Virus record (IMG/VR): IMGVR_UViG_3300008107_000170
DNA from: an uncultured virus (IMG/VR IMGVR_UViG_3300008107_000170)
Taxonomy: Duplodnaviria > Heunggongvirae > Uroviricota > Caudoviricetes
Length of the DNA: 64,000 nt
Reading direction: 5' to 3' (one strand)
In this document: positions 45,761 to 55,793 of the stretch, in pieces
How positions within the stretch are numbered: position 1 is the first letter of the stretch
Layout: every line of letters starts with the position of its first letter
Notes under the pieces: generated by a model
What the model was told of the DNA's origin: nothing
What the model saw: the letters and a program-made list of their open reading frames with translations, nothing else
Databases searched by the model: none
Translations under genes and position numbers: made by a program

Positions 45761-46447
45761 ATGAGACGAGTAACCATCGCGGTTATTGGAAACGCAAAAT
45801 CAACCAGGGCTAACGTAGAGGCCCTAATTACAGACATGGCTGATGCCATGGATTCGGTAGCACTGGCTACTGTTTACAAAGACAAGCAGTCAGACGGCCA
45901 AATATGGGCAGAACAACTTGCTCAAGACAAAAGTATCCCGTGGGTAGCGTACGACAAGAATGACTACAAAACCCTACTTAAAGAGCACAAGGATAATGAG
46001 ATTAAGTTCTTTATCCTGTGGGATGACGAGGACCCGGAGTGCCAACTGGCAGCGTCCGTGGCGCAGGAAAACTCAATTATTGCATACGACCTGACTAACG
46101 GTCTGATGCAAATTCCGTTCTCTTCTAGCACGATACAGAAGCCGGCTGTAACAGAAATTCCGGAGATAGAAACTCAGGTTAGTTCTGAGCCTGTTGAGCC
46201 GCAGTTATCTCAAGGGTCTGGCAGTCGAAGAGTCGTACTAGACGTAGGAGAGGCTGTGGCCACTCTGATAGAGGGCGCTCTAGCAAGCGATGACGCGGAA
46301 GAAGAGCCAGAAGAAGAAGACCTTGATGAGTCTGAGGAAGACGAAACTTGGGACTTAGGTGAGCTTTTAGAAAATGCTATAGAAGAAGCAGCTCGGCATT
46401 TTGCTCGCTCATTTGCTGATGAATTCAAAAAAATAATCGGCAAATAA
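45761..46447 (+). CDS. Hypothetical protein with acidic C-terminus
   Basis: AAGGAGG RBS; TTGACA...CATGAT promoter-like sequence upstream. Confidence 0.7.
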   Translation: MRRVTIAVIGNAKSTRANVEALITDMADAMDSVALATVYKDKQSDGQIWAEQLAQDKSIPWVAYDKNDYKTLLKEHKDNEIKFFILWDDEDPECQLAASVAQENSIIAYDLTNGLMQIPFSSSTIQKPAVTEIPEIETQVSSEPVEPQLSQGSGSRRVVLDVGEAVATLIEGALASDDAEEEPEEEDLDESEEDETWDLGELLENAIEEAARHFARSFADEFKKIIGK

Positions 46448-47301
46448 TGAGCCCTAACATAAGTGACCAGGCTAAGGCTTGGTTGGATTTCTTCTACCTG
46501 CACCCAGAGGTGCGGATTAATTACCATGCTCTGATGAAGTACGGCCCAGTTAGCCGTAGAAAAAGCATGGACATCATCCGTGAACTTAAGGCCGCAAAAC
46601 TAATTCATGCTAAGCGCTCACGCCACATCGGAACTAATTTAGAACTTACCGTAGCGGTAAGCTCCGTTACATCCGTTACAGCAGTACAGCCAATAAGCAG
46701 TATTTCCAATAGCAGTATTGCTAGTACTAGCAGTTATGCTACAAATAAATTCTTCGACGAGGTCGAAGAGGAAGGCGACAAAGTGGGTTACGACTTTTTT
46801 GAAAGCACATCTACTGGCGATGATGAGATTATCCGCGAGCGCGAAAAGCACATGGCGGTTAAGAAGGCCGAGTATGCTGAGGCTCAAGAAAAGAAGGCTC
46901 AGCAGCGTAAAGACATACACCGGTCAAAGCTGGACCCAATTAGTTGGACTTGCAAGGACGTGGCCTACGAGTTTGCAGACCGCATGGCAAACATTTGGAG
47001 CATCAAGCCATTTAGCGTAACTCAGTCCAGGTTTGTGCAGGCGTTGGCCGGATTCCGCAAGCAGCACGACACAAACGGGGCGCTGGAGCTAGAAATCATT
47101 AACATGTTTTTCTCTGGTCTTCAGGCTGAAAAGTACACTGATGGCAACCACTTGTGGCGGGCATTTATGTACAAGGCCCCGCTGCTTTTGCAATCTGCGA
47201 AAGAACGTGTAGTATCTGCAGAAGATGTGCAGACCGCTATTGTCGATGACCAGCAGGTTAGCAAGAAGAAACTAGCCCTTTTGGAGGACGAAGATGTATA
47301 A
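46447..47301 (+). CDS. Putative replication initiator (N-terminal HTH)
   Basis: IIRELKAAKLI HTH-like segment, Ser-rich linker, directly before the DnaC-like gene. Confidence 0.6.
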   Translation: MSPNISDQAKAWLDFFYLHPEVRINYHALMKYGPVSRRKSMDIIRELKAAKLIHAKRSRHIGTNLELTVAVSSVTSVTAVQPISSISNSSIASTSSYATNKFFDEVEEEGDKVGYDFFESTSTGDDEIIREREKHMAVKKAEYAEAQEKKAQQRKDIHRSKLDPISWTCKDVAYEFADRMANIWSIKPFSVTQSRFVQALAGFRKQHDTNGALELEIINMFFSGLQAEKYTDGNHLWRAFMYKAPLLLQSAKERVVSAEDVQTAIVDDQQVSKKKLALLEDEDV

Positions 47302-47980
47302 GCCTGACGAACTGCCTGCTCGCAGGAGAACCTGGGTTAAGACCGCAAACGTGCCTCCAGCCAAGATTGGCTGGGAACTAACTGACTGTAAGGACATCCC
47401 AGGGGAATCCACAGAAGCCATCCAAAAGTGGCTTAAAAGCCTCTACAACGGCCGTATACTGCGTGCTGAGGGTAAGGAGACCTGCGGCCTTGGAATGCTG
47501 TTCTACGGCCTCCCAGGGCGCGGTAAGACCACAGTAGCCAATGCTGTGATACAGGACATCATCCGCAACGTAGACCCTTCTGTGGTCGGTATGGAGCCGG
47601 GGAGAGCCGTTCCACGACCTTGCTACTTCATCACCTATAACGGCCTCCTAGACCTAAAGGGAGCCATTATGGAGGACCACGACCCTAACGACGAGCTGCT
47701 CTACAATGGCCTGCTAGGCGAGGCTACGGATGACTCATACAACGTCCGAATCCTGGTTCTAGACGACGTAGGCAAGGAGCACTCAAGCGCTTCGGGCTGG
47801 CAGAAGAACATGCTCCACCACGTCTTGCGCACCCGATTCAACAACGGATTGCCCACAATAGTTACAACAAATGTAGCCCTAAACGATTGGGATGCCCACT
47901 ACGGAGCAGCGACTCAATCCTTTATTCACGAGGCATTCATTTGGCTAAACATGAACACAGCAGAAGATTTGAGGAAGTAA
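47294..47980 (+). CDS. dnaC: DnaC/IstB-like AAA+ helicase loader
   Basis: GLPGRGKT, LVLDDVGKE, RTRFNNGLPTIVTTN. Confidence 0.85.
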   Translation: MYKPDELPARRRTWVKTANVPPAKIGWELTDCKDIPGESTEAIQKWLKSLYNGRILRAEGKETCGLGMLFYGLPGRGKTTVANAVIQDIIRNVDPSVVGMEPGRAVPRPCYFITYNGLLDLKGAIMEDHDPNDELLYNGLLGEATDDSYNVRILVLDDVGKEHSSASGWQKNMLHHVLRTRFNNGLPTIVTTNVALNDWDAHYGAATQSFIHEAFIWLNMNTAEDLRK

Positions 47981-48273
47981 TGTCCAGCCACTTGTTACAG
48001 GTATTTTTAAGCTACCGAGGAAACAATCCAGGAATCTTTGAGGTTCTAGTTAGCAAAGAAGACAATGAGCTGACTTGCACATGCCCAGGGTTTAACGTCA
48101 AAGGCGACTGCAAGCACGTACAGACTGTTGAGACCAGAATCGGTAACAACGGCGGGATATACCCGTTCAAGTTCCTAGGCACGGTCAAAGAGAACGACCT
48201 AAAAGCAGCCATGGAAACAGAAATCTTGTTCAGAGAGTTTGTCATCAAAAACACCAAAATAGAGGTGATTTGA
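47980..48273 (+). CDS. SWIM zinc-finger protein
   Basis: CTCPGF....CKH; ATG 47980. Confidence 0.75.
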   Translation: MSSHLLQVFLSYRGNNPGIFEVLVSKEDNELTCTCPGFNVKGDCKHVQTVETRIGNNGGIYPFKFLGTVKENDLKAAMETEILFREFVIKNTKIEVI

Positions 48274-48680
48274 TGCAAGGCAACGACATCAGCAACGCGC
48301 TTCCTCAGCGTATTTTAGTAACGACTGACGTTATTACTGACGAGTACAAATCTGTTACAAAGGTACTAAAGGTAATCCCTGTCAGGTCTAAAAAAATAGA
48401 GTACAACCGCCTGGTCCTAAGCCACCTTTATGTCTTTACGCTTAAGCGGGGCATAACCCTAGAGCTAGTAAGTTTTGACCGAACAGAAAAAGAAATGATA
48501 GATTTGATGATTCACCTTGATAAGGTTGGAACGAACCCGTTTAGATACGGCACCGCTTACAAGTCCGTAGACAAGCTGGTTTCTGAGCTTCCTTACAGAC
48601 CAGAGGTTGCCGGAGTAATTGACATACCATCCCGCCTATTGAGGTACGGACGATGGGGATTGGACTTTCCTACAGTATGA
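48270..48680 (+). CDS. Hypothetical protein
   Basis: 136 aa, coupled within the replication operon. Confidence 0.7.
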   Translation: MMQGNDISNALPQRILVTTDVITDEYKSVTKVLKVIPVRSKKIEYNRLVLSHLYVFTLKRGITLELVSFDRTEKEMIDLMIHLDKVGTNPFRYGTAYKSVDKLVSELPYRPEVAGVIDIPSRLLRYGRWGLDFPTV

Positions 48681-49903
48681 GTACCGAATCAAAACTACTC
48701 AGTTCAGTAATTAGAGTAAGAGACCTATCCCCGTTATTTGAGCGCAACATCTCAGACAGCTGGTTCCCCGACGAGGAGGACCGCAGAGTCTGGGCGTTCC
48801 TACGCAGCCACTTTGCTAAGTATGCGGAGTGCCCAAGCATGGAAGTTGTCCAAGCAAACTTCCCCGCCTATCAACTACAAGAACTTACTGACTCAGTAGA
48901 TTATCTGCTCGATGATTTGCTAGACAAGCGCCGCAAGAATTCCATATCAAGCACCTTGCGTCTGGCTGTCGAAGAGATTCAAAACAATAAGGACCACGAG
49001 TCCGCCTTGATGGTTATGCAGGGCGGGATTGTTAGGTTGGAAGAAGAGGGCCTAAACAAGACCTCGGATGTAAACCTTATTCAAACTACCGAGTCTCGCT
49101 GGGAAGATTACGTATTCCGTAAGAACAACCCAGGCCTACTAGGTGTTGCTACAGGATTCCCAACCATTGACGCTGTCACCAACGGTCTGCAAAAGGGCCA
49201 GTTGATTGTTGTCGTAGCAACGCCTAAGACCGGTAAGTCAACCCTCGCCCTACAGATTGCGAATAACATTCACAAGCAGGGGCTGTCTCCAATGTTCCAG
49301 TCATTCGAGATGACAAACCGCGAGCAGCAGGACCGATATGACTCAATGCGTGCCCAGGTCTCTCACAATCGACTAATCACCGGCTCACTTAATGCTGATG
49401 AAGAAAAGCGATACAAAGAGTCTCTCGAGACTATGGCTGACGATAAGACAAACTTCTGGCTTGTTGACTCAGCGCACGGTATCACGGTATCTGCTATTCA
49501 AAGCAAGGTGCAGGTGCTACAGCCTGACGTAATATTCATTGACGGTGTCTACCTGATGCTGGACGAGCAGACTGGCGAGTCAAACACTCCACAGGCCCTG
49601 ACGGGAATTACGCGCTCGCTGAAGAGACTTGCGCAGCGCATGAACAAGCCAGTGGTAATTACGACACAGGCCCTCAACTGGAAGACTAAAAAGGGCAAGG
49701 TATCTACCGACTCGATTGGTTACTCTTCCTCGTTCCTACAGGATGCAGACGTTGTATTCGGTCTAGAAAAAGAAGACGAGACTGTAGACGACACTCGTAT
49801 TCTCAAAGTCATGGCCGCACGTAACAGCGCAAACGTAGAAGCGTCTCTAATGTGGGACTGGGCCTCTGGTATGTTCCGTGAGATGAACGGTGATGACGTA
49901 TGA
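48677..49903 (+). CDS. dnaB: Replicative DNA helicase
   Basis: TGFPTID...GL..GQL.VV.ATPKTGKS, SFEM, IFIDG.YLM, QDADVV. Confidence 0.92.
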   Translation: MSTESKLLSSVIRVRDLSPLFERNISDSWFPDEEDRRVWAFLRSHFAKYAECPSMEVVQANFPAYQLQELTDSVDYLLDDLLDKRRKNSISSTLRLAVEEIQNNKDHESALMVMQGGIVRLEEEGLNKTSDVNLIQTTESRWEDYVFRKNNPGLLGVATGFPTIDAVTNGLQKGQLIVVVATPKTGKSTLALQIANNIHKQGLSPMFQSFEMTNREQQDRYDSMRAQVSHNRLITGSLNADEEKRYKESLETMADDKTNFWLVDSAHGITVSAIQSKVQVLQPDVIFIDGVYLMLDEQTGESNTPQALTGITRSLKRLAQRMNKPVVITTQALNWKTKKGKVSTDSIGYSSSFLQDADVVFGLEKEDETVDDTRILKVMAARNSANVEASLMWDWASGMFREMNGDDV

Positions 49904-50853
49904 TGCTAAACGAGATGGAGCGGGTCTTAGAGCGTCTAAACATTGAGCCTGTACAGACCCGCGGAGACGAGATACTTGCTCTGTGTCCAGGCCACAAAGA
50001 GATTACGGGAAAAGAAGACCACAATCCATCATGGTGGATAAACGCTGAGACAGGTGCTCACATTTGCTTTTCTTGCGGGTTCAAGGGAAACATCTGGTCA
50101 CTGATTGCTACGGTGCAGGGGCTCAGGGACGCTAACGGTTTTCTAGACTACGCCGATGCAAAAGACTGGCTATACCTGTCTTTTGACAACATCTCGCTTG
50201 GGCCTACCGAAGACGACCAGGATGACGAGCCTGTATTCAAAGAGGTTCAGGGAATGGGCGAGTCCCGTTTAGCCTTGTTTACCTACCCTCCGGCGTCTGC
50301 CCTAAAAGCGCGTGGACTAACTCTAGAGTCGGCAAGCAAGTATCAGCTACTCTGGGACCCTAACTTTGGTAACTGGATTACTGTGATTAGAGAGCCTAGA
50401 ACAAACAAGCTTCTAGGGTGGCAGGAAAAAGGATTTAGGCACCGTTACTTTAAGAACTACCCGCCAGGTGTTCAGAAGTCAACGACGCTATTTGGATTTA
50501 ACAGGTATGACGGCGGTCGTATGATTGTCGTAGAGTCCCCGCTAGATGTAATCAGGCTAGACTCTCTAGGAATCAGCGGCGGGGTTTCTACCTACGGCGC
50601 TTTAATTTCAAACACGCAACTAAACCTAATTAGAGAGGCTGAAGAGGTAGTGTTTGCACTAGATAACGACGAAGCGGGACTAGCCGCATCTAAGTCTATG
50701 CTCGAGAAAAGCATACAGTTAGGTTTTGAGGCGTGGTTCTTTAACTACGCGCACACGGAGATGAAAGACGTTGGAGGCATGAGCAAATCGGAGATACTTA
50801 CTGGCCTAAATAATGCCAAGCACAATGTACACGGATTAGGGGCACTACAGTGA
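49900..50853 (+). CDS. dnaG: DNA primase (zinc finger + TOPRIM)
   Basis: CPGH...CFSC, VVESPLD, ALDNDEAG. Confidence 0.9.
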   Translation: MMLNEMERVLERLNIEPVQTRGDEILALCPGHKEITGKEDHNPSWWINAETGAHICFSCGFKGNIWSLIATVQGLRDANGFLDYADAKDWLYLSFDNISLGPTEDDQDDEPVFKEVQGMGESRLALFTYPPASALKARGLTLESASKYQLLWDPNFGNWITVIREPRTNKLLGWQEKGFRHRYFKNYPPGVQKSTTLFGFNRYDGGRMIVVESPLDVIRLDSLGISGGVSTYGALISNTQLNLIREAEEVVFALDNDEAGLAASKSMLEKSIQLGFEAWFFNYAHTEMKDVGGMSKSEILTGLNNAKHNVHGLGALQ

Positions 50854-52433
50854 GTTTTGTAGGCACCCTTCTCCCATACCAGCCAGAGGCTGTGGACAAA
50901 ATGTGCGAGCGCAAAAAGATGCTAGTGGCATACGACCTAGGGCTTGGAAAAACTGTTTTGACAATTGCAGCAGTTGAGCGCCTAATGGATGAGCGAAAGG
51001 TCACAGAGCCCGGCTTAATTATTTGCTTATCTAGCCTTAAGTATCAGTGGGCTGAATCCATAAAAAAGTTTACTAACGGGTCTACCTCAGTAGTTATAGA
51101 CGGTACCCCAGACCAGCGTAAGCGCCAGTACGAACGCGCTATGAAGTGGAAAACAACCGGCGTAGACTACATCATCATGAATTACGAGCAGGTAGTAAAC
51201 GATTGGGAATTTGTAAGCAAGCTCCCTAGAGGCTTTGTTGTTCTAGATGAAGCAACCGCTATTAAGTCATTTAGGTCCAAGCGTGCTAAGGCTACTAAGA
51301 AGCTGGCTACTTGCGAGTACAGATTTGCCTTAACCGGAACCCCCGTTGAGAATGGCAAGCCGGAAGAACTATTTAGCATTATGCAGTTTGTTGACGACTC
51401 TGTGCTCGGACGCTTCGATAAGTTTGACATGACCTTTATTGTGCGCAATAACTGGGGCGGAGTAGACCGCTACCGAAACTTGCCTATTCTTCACGAGAGG
51501 ATGAAAGAAGCGTCTGTACGTAAGGCGCAAAAAGACCCGGACGTAGCCCCTTTCTTGCCTGAGACTATTCACAAGGACCCGATTTACGTTCACTTGGACC
51601 GCAAAACTTCTAAGCTCTACAAGCGAATCGTAGATGACCTACTACTTGACCTAGATAACGCGCAGACCATGTTTGGCAGCTCATTTAATATTATGGCCCA
51701 CTATGGCTTTGAGAAGTCGTGGGGAGGACCTGCAGACGAGCTACGTGGCCAGGTTATGTCAAAGATTGGTGCTCTGAAGATGCTTGCCTGTTCGCCTGAG
51801 CTGCTAAAGGTAAGTTCCAGAAAGTTCTTAGAGGGAAATGGCGAAGGCTCTGCCTACGCTAATCAACTGGTGGAAGAAGACCTGCTAGAGGGACTGCCAA
51901 ACACCAAATTGGATAATTTTGTACAATATGTACAATCTTTCTTAGAGCAGGACGAGCGCAATAAACTGGTGGTGTTCTGTTCATACGTAGACATGGTAGG
52001 TATAATAGCCGATAGGATTGGACGCGATATAACCGTCACCTACACCGGTCAACTAGACGCAAAAACTAAGGAGAAGCACAAAAATGCTCTTAATAATGAC
52101 CCTAACACTCGTGTCATTGTTAGCTCAGATGCTGGTGGTTATGGTGTTGACCTGCCGGCAGCAAACATGCTCATTAACTACGATTTACCTTGGTCTAGCG
52201 GCCTGGCTACTCAGCGCAACGGCCGTATTCGCCGCGCTAGCTCTGAGTGGAAAACCATTGTAATTCAGGACTTCCTAATCAACGGCTCAATTGAGGTCCG
52301 TCAATATGAGGCCCTGCAGCAAAAGAACGCCGTAGCCTCTGCTGTAATTGACGGAGAGGGAATTAATGATAAAGGTGGCGTGGACTTGACAATTGGGTCA
52401 CTACGTGGTTTCCTGTTAGATACATCTGTTTAG
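50850..52433 (+). CDS. SNF2-family helicase
   Basis: DLGLGKT, VLDEA, LTGTPVEN, QRNGRIRR. Confidence 0.9.
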   Translation: MSFVGTLLPYQPEAVDKMCERKKMLVAYDLGLGKTVLTIAAVERLMDERKVTEPGLIICLSSLKYQWAESIKKFTNGSTSVVIDGTPDQRKRQYERAMKWKTTGVDYIIMNYEQVVNDWEFVSKLPRGFVVLDEATAIKSFRSKRAKATKKLATCEYRFALTGTPVENGKPEELFSIMQFVDDSVLGRFDKFDMTFIVRNNWGGVDRYRNLPILHERMKEASVRKAQKDPDVAPFLPETIHKDPIYVHLDRKTSKLYKRIVDDLLLDLDNAQTMFGSSFNIMAHYGFEKSWGGPADELRGQVMSKIGALKMLACSPELLKVSSRKFLEGNGEGSAYANQLVEEDLLEGLPNTKLDNFVQYVQSFLEQDERNKLVVFCSYVDMVGIIADRIGRDITVTYTGQLDAKTKEKHKNALNNDPNTRVIVSSDAGGYGVDLPAANMLINYDLPWSSGLATQRNGRIRRASSEWKTIVIQDFLINGSIEVRQYEALQQKNAVASAVIDGEGINDKGGVDLTIGSLRGFLLDTSV

Positions 52434-52441
52434 GAGATAAA

Positions 52442-52675
52442 ATGACGTTTGATGAATGGCTACAAACTGGCCTAAAAAACAACTGGTGTGGCCCATCAGT
52501 CTGTGCCACGCACGATGGCATTCCAATGACTGAGGGTGAGGAGGACTTCATGGATAATGAAGACGCCTGCATTCACATCATTCGCCTTTACAAAGACGTA
52601 GTAGAAAAACGTCTAGTAGAGCAAAACCACTCGCCGAGTATTTGGCGGGCAACTAATTCTGGCTTTGAAGTATAG
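52442..52675 (+). CDS. Hypothetical protein
   Basis: WCGPSVCATHDG...CIHIIRLY; AGGAG RBS. Confidence 0.7.
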   Translation: MTFDEWLQTGLKNNWCGPSVCATHDGIPMTEGEEDFMDNEDACIHIIRLYKDVVEKRLVEQNHSPSIWRATNSGFEV

Positions 52676-52683
52676 GAGAAAAG

Positions 52684-52818
52684 ATGGCTAAAGGCAAAGG
52701 CAAAGGTGGAGCACCTGCCCCAAAAAAGAGCAACGAGGGTGACCGCAAGAACGGCAAGGCCTTCAAGAAGCGCCCAAAGATTTTTGATGCTATTAAGCGT
52801 CGTCTAGTACGCAAATAA
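52684..52818 (+). CDS. Small basic protein (44 aa, not in ORF track)
   Basis: MAKGKGKGGAPAPKK...; AGGAG RBS. Confidence 0.65.
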   Translation: MAKGKGKGGAPAPKKSNEGDRKNGKAFKKRPKIFDAIKRRLVRK

Positions 52819-52821
52819 AAT

Positions 52822-52868
52822 AAAAAAGCCGCCTAAGCAGGTTACCTGCAAAGGCGGCTTTTTATTTA
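52822..52868. terminator. Bidirectional terminator between convergent operons
   Basis: AAAAAAGCCGCCT...AGGCGGCTTTTT. Confidence 0.8.
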
Positions 52869-52869
52869 A

Positions 52870-53262
52870 TTACTTAGCGTCTTCTCCAGGAGCAACGGTA
52901 GCTTCGTCATCGTCATCGTCCTCGTTGAGGTCGTCGTCTGAGTCAAAGTTGACATCATCGAAATCAAAGTTGTCATCCTGCTTTACCTTCAAAGCGGCCT
53001 CTAGGTTCTCGTTGCCATCGGCGGCCTTAGCCACAGCCGCACGGAACGCATTAGCGATGTCCTGCGGGTTCAAAGTTCCTGACCAGGCTAGGGTCACACC
53101 AATGGTGGTTAGTACGACAGCAAACGCTGAACCTACACCAATTAGTGAACCGAGTACCCAGTCACCGTTGGTAGCAATAGCACCAACACCTGTACCTGCA
53201 AAGAACGTTGCAAGTAGAAGACCGAACGCGCGGGCAAGAATAGTTTTAATGAGCTCTTTCAT
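52870..53262 (-). CDS. Holin-like membrane protein
   Basis: Two TM helices and an acidic tail; coupled to the M23 gene. Confidence 0.65.
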   Translation of the reverse strand: MKELIKTILARAFGLLLATFFAGTGVGAIATNGDWVLGSLIGVGSAFAVVLTTIGVTLAWSGTLNPQDIANAFRAAVAKAADGNENLEAALKVKQDDNFDFDDVNFDSDDDLNEDDDDDEATVAPGEDAK

Positions 53263-53747
53263 TATTTAGCTCCTTCTGCAGCTGGGGCTGCGACTGGGGT
53301 TGAGTTTTTCTTCCAAAGTTTGACTAAGTCAACCTTGTCTGATGTTGCTCCGAATACACCCTTAACCTTGCGGCTAGCGGTTGCGTGAAGGTGGTTTCCG
53401 CTTGATGCGGTACCAGTTGTTCCTACGAGGCCGATAGTCTCTCCAACCTTGATTGGGTCTCCGACCTTTAGGGTAGGGACCTTCTGTAGGTGGCAGTAGC
53501 CGATGTACCAGATGTTACCTTCTTTGTCAGCGACTGACTGTACAATTACGTTGCCGAGAACCTTAGACTCGCCAACAAACTTGATTCGTCCGTTACCAAC
53601 GGCTGGAATCTTGGTGCCACCAGGCATAGCCCAGTCAGTACCAGAGTGTGGCTGAAGTTTCATCTTCTTGCGGAATGCACTCATTTCACCGTAGTGCTCG
53701 GTTACCTTCTTTTCAGGGAATGGTAGTTTCCATGGTGTAAATGCCAT
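53262..53747 (-). CDS. M23-family peptidase (endolysin candidate)
   Basis: HSGTD (HxxxD), YCHL, HLH. Confidence 0.85.
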   Translation of the reverse strand: MAFTPWKLPFPEKKVTEHYGEMSAFRKKMKLQPHSGTDWAMPGGTKIPAVGNGRIKFVGESKVLGNVIVQSVADKEGNIWYIGYCHLQKVPTLKVGDPIKVGETIGLVGTTGTASSGNHLHATASRKVKGVFGATSDKVDLVKLWKKNSTPVAAPAAEGAK

Positions 53748-53782
53748 GTTGTTCCTTTCGGGTATCTATCTATTGTCGGTTA

Positions 53783-54007
53783 TTAGGCCAAATTTAACTT
53801 GGCTAATTCTTTGGCCATTTCAGCCTGGGCGTAAGCTCTGCGATAGGCCTTAATAAAGCCGTCCTGAAAAGCACGGAACTCTATTCGGGTCCAGGTCTTA
53901 TCTTTGTAGTAGGCAATCGCTTCTTCAAAGGCAAGTTTTTGAATATCTTTAAATTTTGGAGTGTAGTAGTGCATCCGGTACCTAATCCAATAAGTGAGCC
54001 AAGACAT
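53783..54007 (-). CDS. Hypothetical protein
   Basis: 74-aa ORF in the minus-strand operon. Confidence 0.6.
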   Translation of the reverse strand: MSWLTYWIRYRMHYYTPKFKDIQKLAFEEAIAYYKDKTWTRIEFRAFQDGFIKAYRRAYAQAEMAKELAKLNLA

Positions 54008-54013
54008 GAGGCG

Positions 54014-54181
54014 TCACTCTTTCGGGTTGCGTAGGCGGTAAGTTACTGCCCACAGGATTAGGGTGCCAATAATGCAGTACCCGACAATGGTCTTTGCAGA
54101 CCCCTCGAGCACCACCCAGGCCACGAACATACCAAGCAAGGTCCATACCTGGCCCAGTAGGTCATTCACGAATTTCTTCAT
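54014..54181 (-). CDS. Small membrane protein (55 aa, not in ORF track)
   Basis: [30 protein letters not shown]...; overlaps the upstream stop; AAGGAAAG RBS. Confidence 0.7.
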   Translation of the reverse strand: MKKFVNDLLGQVWTLLGMFVAWVVLEGSAKTIVGYCIIGTLILWAVTYRLRNPKE

Positions 54182-55587
54182 TGTTCTTTCCTTCTGATAG
54201 TTGATTCTGCTGAAACTGCACCACCGCCGGTAGAGCCGCCGGTAGAGCCTCCTGTTGGCGCTGAGGCGGCCATAGAAGCCGCTGCAGTGGCCGCTCCTAC
54301 AGTCGCCTGTACGGCGGCTCCAGTTGCGATAACGGACGCAAGGACAGTTTTCTCTGCGTCTTCACGGACCTGTGGTGCCATGTCGGCTCCCACGTTTCCT
54401 AGGGCGTTGAACGACTCCAAAACTGCTGTAGCCACAGCTCCAACCACAGGTACCGCTGCTAGCTCTTCAGATACCTCTGGGTCATCAGCAACTGCGGCAA
54501 TCGCTAGCGCTTCAAGAGCCTGCTGGTACTCTGGAGACCCCTGCTCAGTGTTAGCCAGGACTTCTTCAGCTGCTTCTACAAGCTCTTCTACTTCGGCGTC
54601 GGTTAGTTCTTCTGGCTTAATGGCAGTTAGGTCTTCAATTACGGCAACGGATTCTTCGGTGGTATCGCTCGGCTCTGGTTCTGGTGTCGGTTCAGGCTCA
54701 GGTGTTGTTGGCTCTTCAGTAGGTTCCTCGGACGGCTCAGGCGTTGGTTCAGGTTCAGGTTCAGGTTCTGGCGTCGGTTCAACTGTAGGTTCCTCCGTAG
54801 GTTCTGGGGTGGGCTCAGGAGTCGGTTCTGGAGTCGGTTCAGGAGTAGGCTCTACAACAGGAGGAGCGACAGTAGGTTCTGGTGTAGGCTCTGGGGTAGG
54901 TGTTGGAGTGGGCTCAACTACCGGTTGAGATGAAATCGGAACAATACCCCAAGTAAAACGTGTTACTTTGACTACGCCACCGCAAGGGTCGCCAAACGTC
55001 CCGTTATCTAAGGCGATAGTGGCAGTGGTCTTACCAAGCATGTAGGTGCCCATAATCTCTGACACATCTACGCCACAGTTCCAATCGTTAGGCGCACCGT
55101 ACCACCCACGTACATAAGCAAACTCCCAGCCCTCAGGGGCAGTTAAAGTAACAGATTCGCCTTCCCAGTTTTCCTGTGCCCACCAGTTCGGCACAGGTGG
55201 AGTTAGTGGAGTAGAACTAATCTCCATGATTGGGCCATAGTTGCCTGACCAAAAGCCATTATCAATGCCCTCAAGTTTTATAGTTTGAGTACCTACTACG
55301 TCAAACACGTAAGGCCTTGCCCCGTGTTTCTCAGTTACCTCAATAACTTGAGTGCCAAAAGTAATACGGTAGGAGTCAACTACCTCACCGTCGCCGCCGA
55401 TTTTGTTCGTAATGTCGTTAGTAACGACAACGGTCACCTGTTCATCGGTAAACGTGAAGTTTTGCTCAGTCCAGTAATACGTGAACTGAATCGCGGTACT
55501 TGCGTACGCTGGTGTGGCGAGTAGAAGAGGCCCAAAAACAACGGTTAATACGCCAAATGATGCTGCGAGCTTGCGCAGTAGGGTCAT
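54178..55587 (-). CDS. Secreted/surface protein with SUEL-like lectin domain and PEPT linker
   Basis: Signal peptide ending AYA; YG...C...[10 protein letters not shown]; long P/E/T repeat; Ala-rich C-terminus. Confidence 0.75.
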   Translation of the reverse strand: MTLLRKLAASFGVLTVVFGPLLLATPAYASTAIQFTYYWTEQNFTFTDEQVTVVVTNDITNKIGGDGEVVDSYRITFGTQVIEVTEKHGARPYVFDVVGTQTIKLEGIDNGFWSGNYGPIMEISSTPLTPPVPNWWAQENWEGESVTLTAPEGWEFAYVRGWYGAPNDWNCGVDVSEIMGTYMLGKTTATIALDNGTFGDPCGGVVKVTRFTWGIVPISSQPVVEPTPTPTPEPTPEPTVAPPVVEPTPEPTPEPTPEPTPEPTEEPTVEPTPEPEPEPEPTPEPSEEPTEEPTTPEPEPTPEPEPSDTTEESVAVIEDLTAIKPEELTDAEVEELVEAAEEVLANTEQGSPEYQQALEALAIAAVADDPEVSEELAAVPVVGAVATAVLESFNALGNVGADMAPQVREDAEKTVLASVIATGAAVQATVGAATAAASMAASAPTGGSTGGSTGGGAVSAESTIRRKEQ

Positions 55588-55793
55588 TAGCTCCTCAAAT
55601 TTGACTTATTTCAATTTTGCCCTATAAGCTTGGTTTTTAGGGTGTAAACTCCCCTCCCCGCGGGCCATAACTGGCAAGTTTAGCCAGCGGGGGGTATTCT
55701 GTGCTAGGCTTGACCTACAACTGAATATAGAAACAATGTCACTTTGACAATAAACGACCGAGTACTAACTACCAAGGAAAGGTAGGTCGCTAA

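Noticed and set aside
54287..54928. 213-aa plus-strand Gly/Ser/Val-rich ORF
   Set aside because: Antisense shadow of the PEPT repeat gene; the same applies to most antisense ORFs overlapping structural genes
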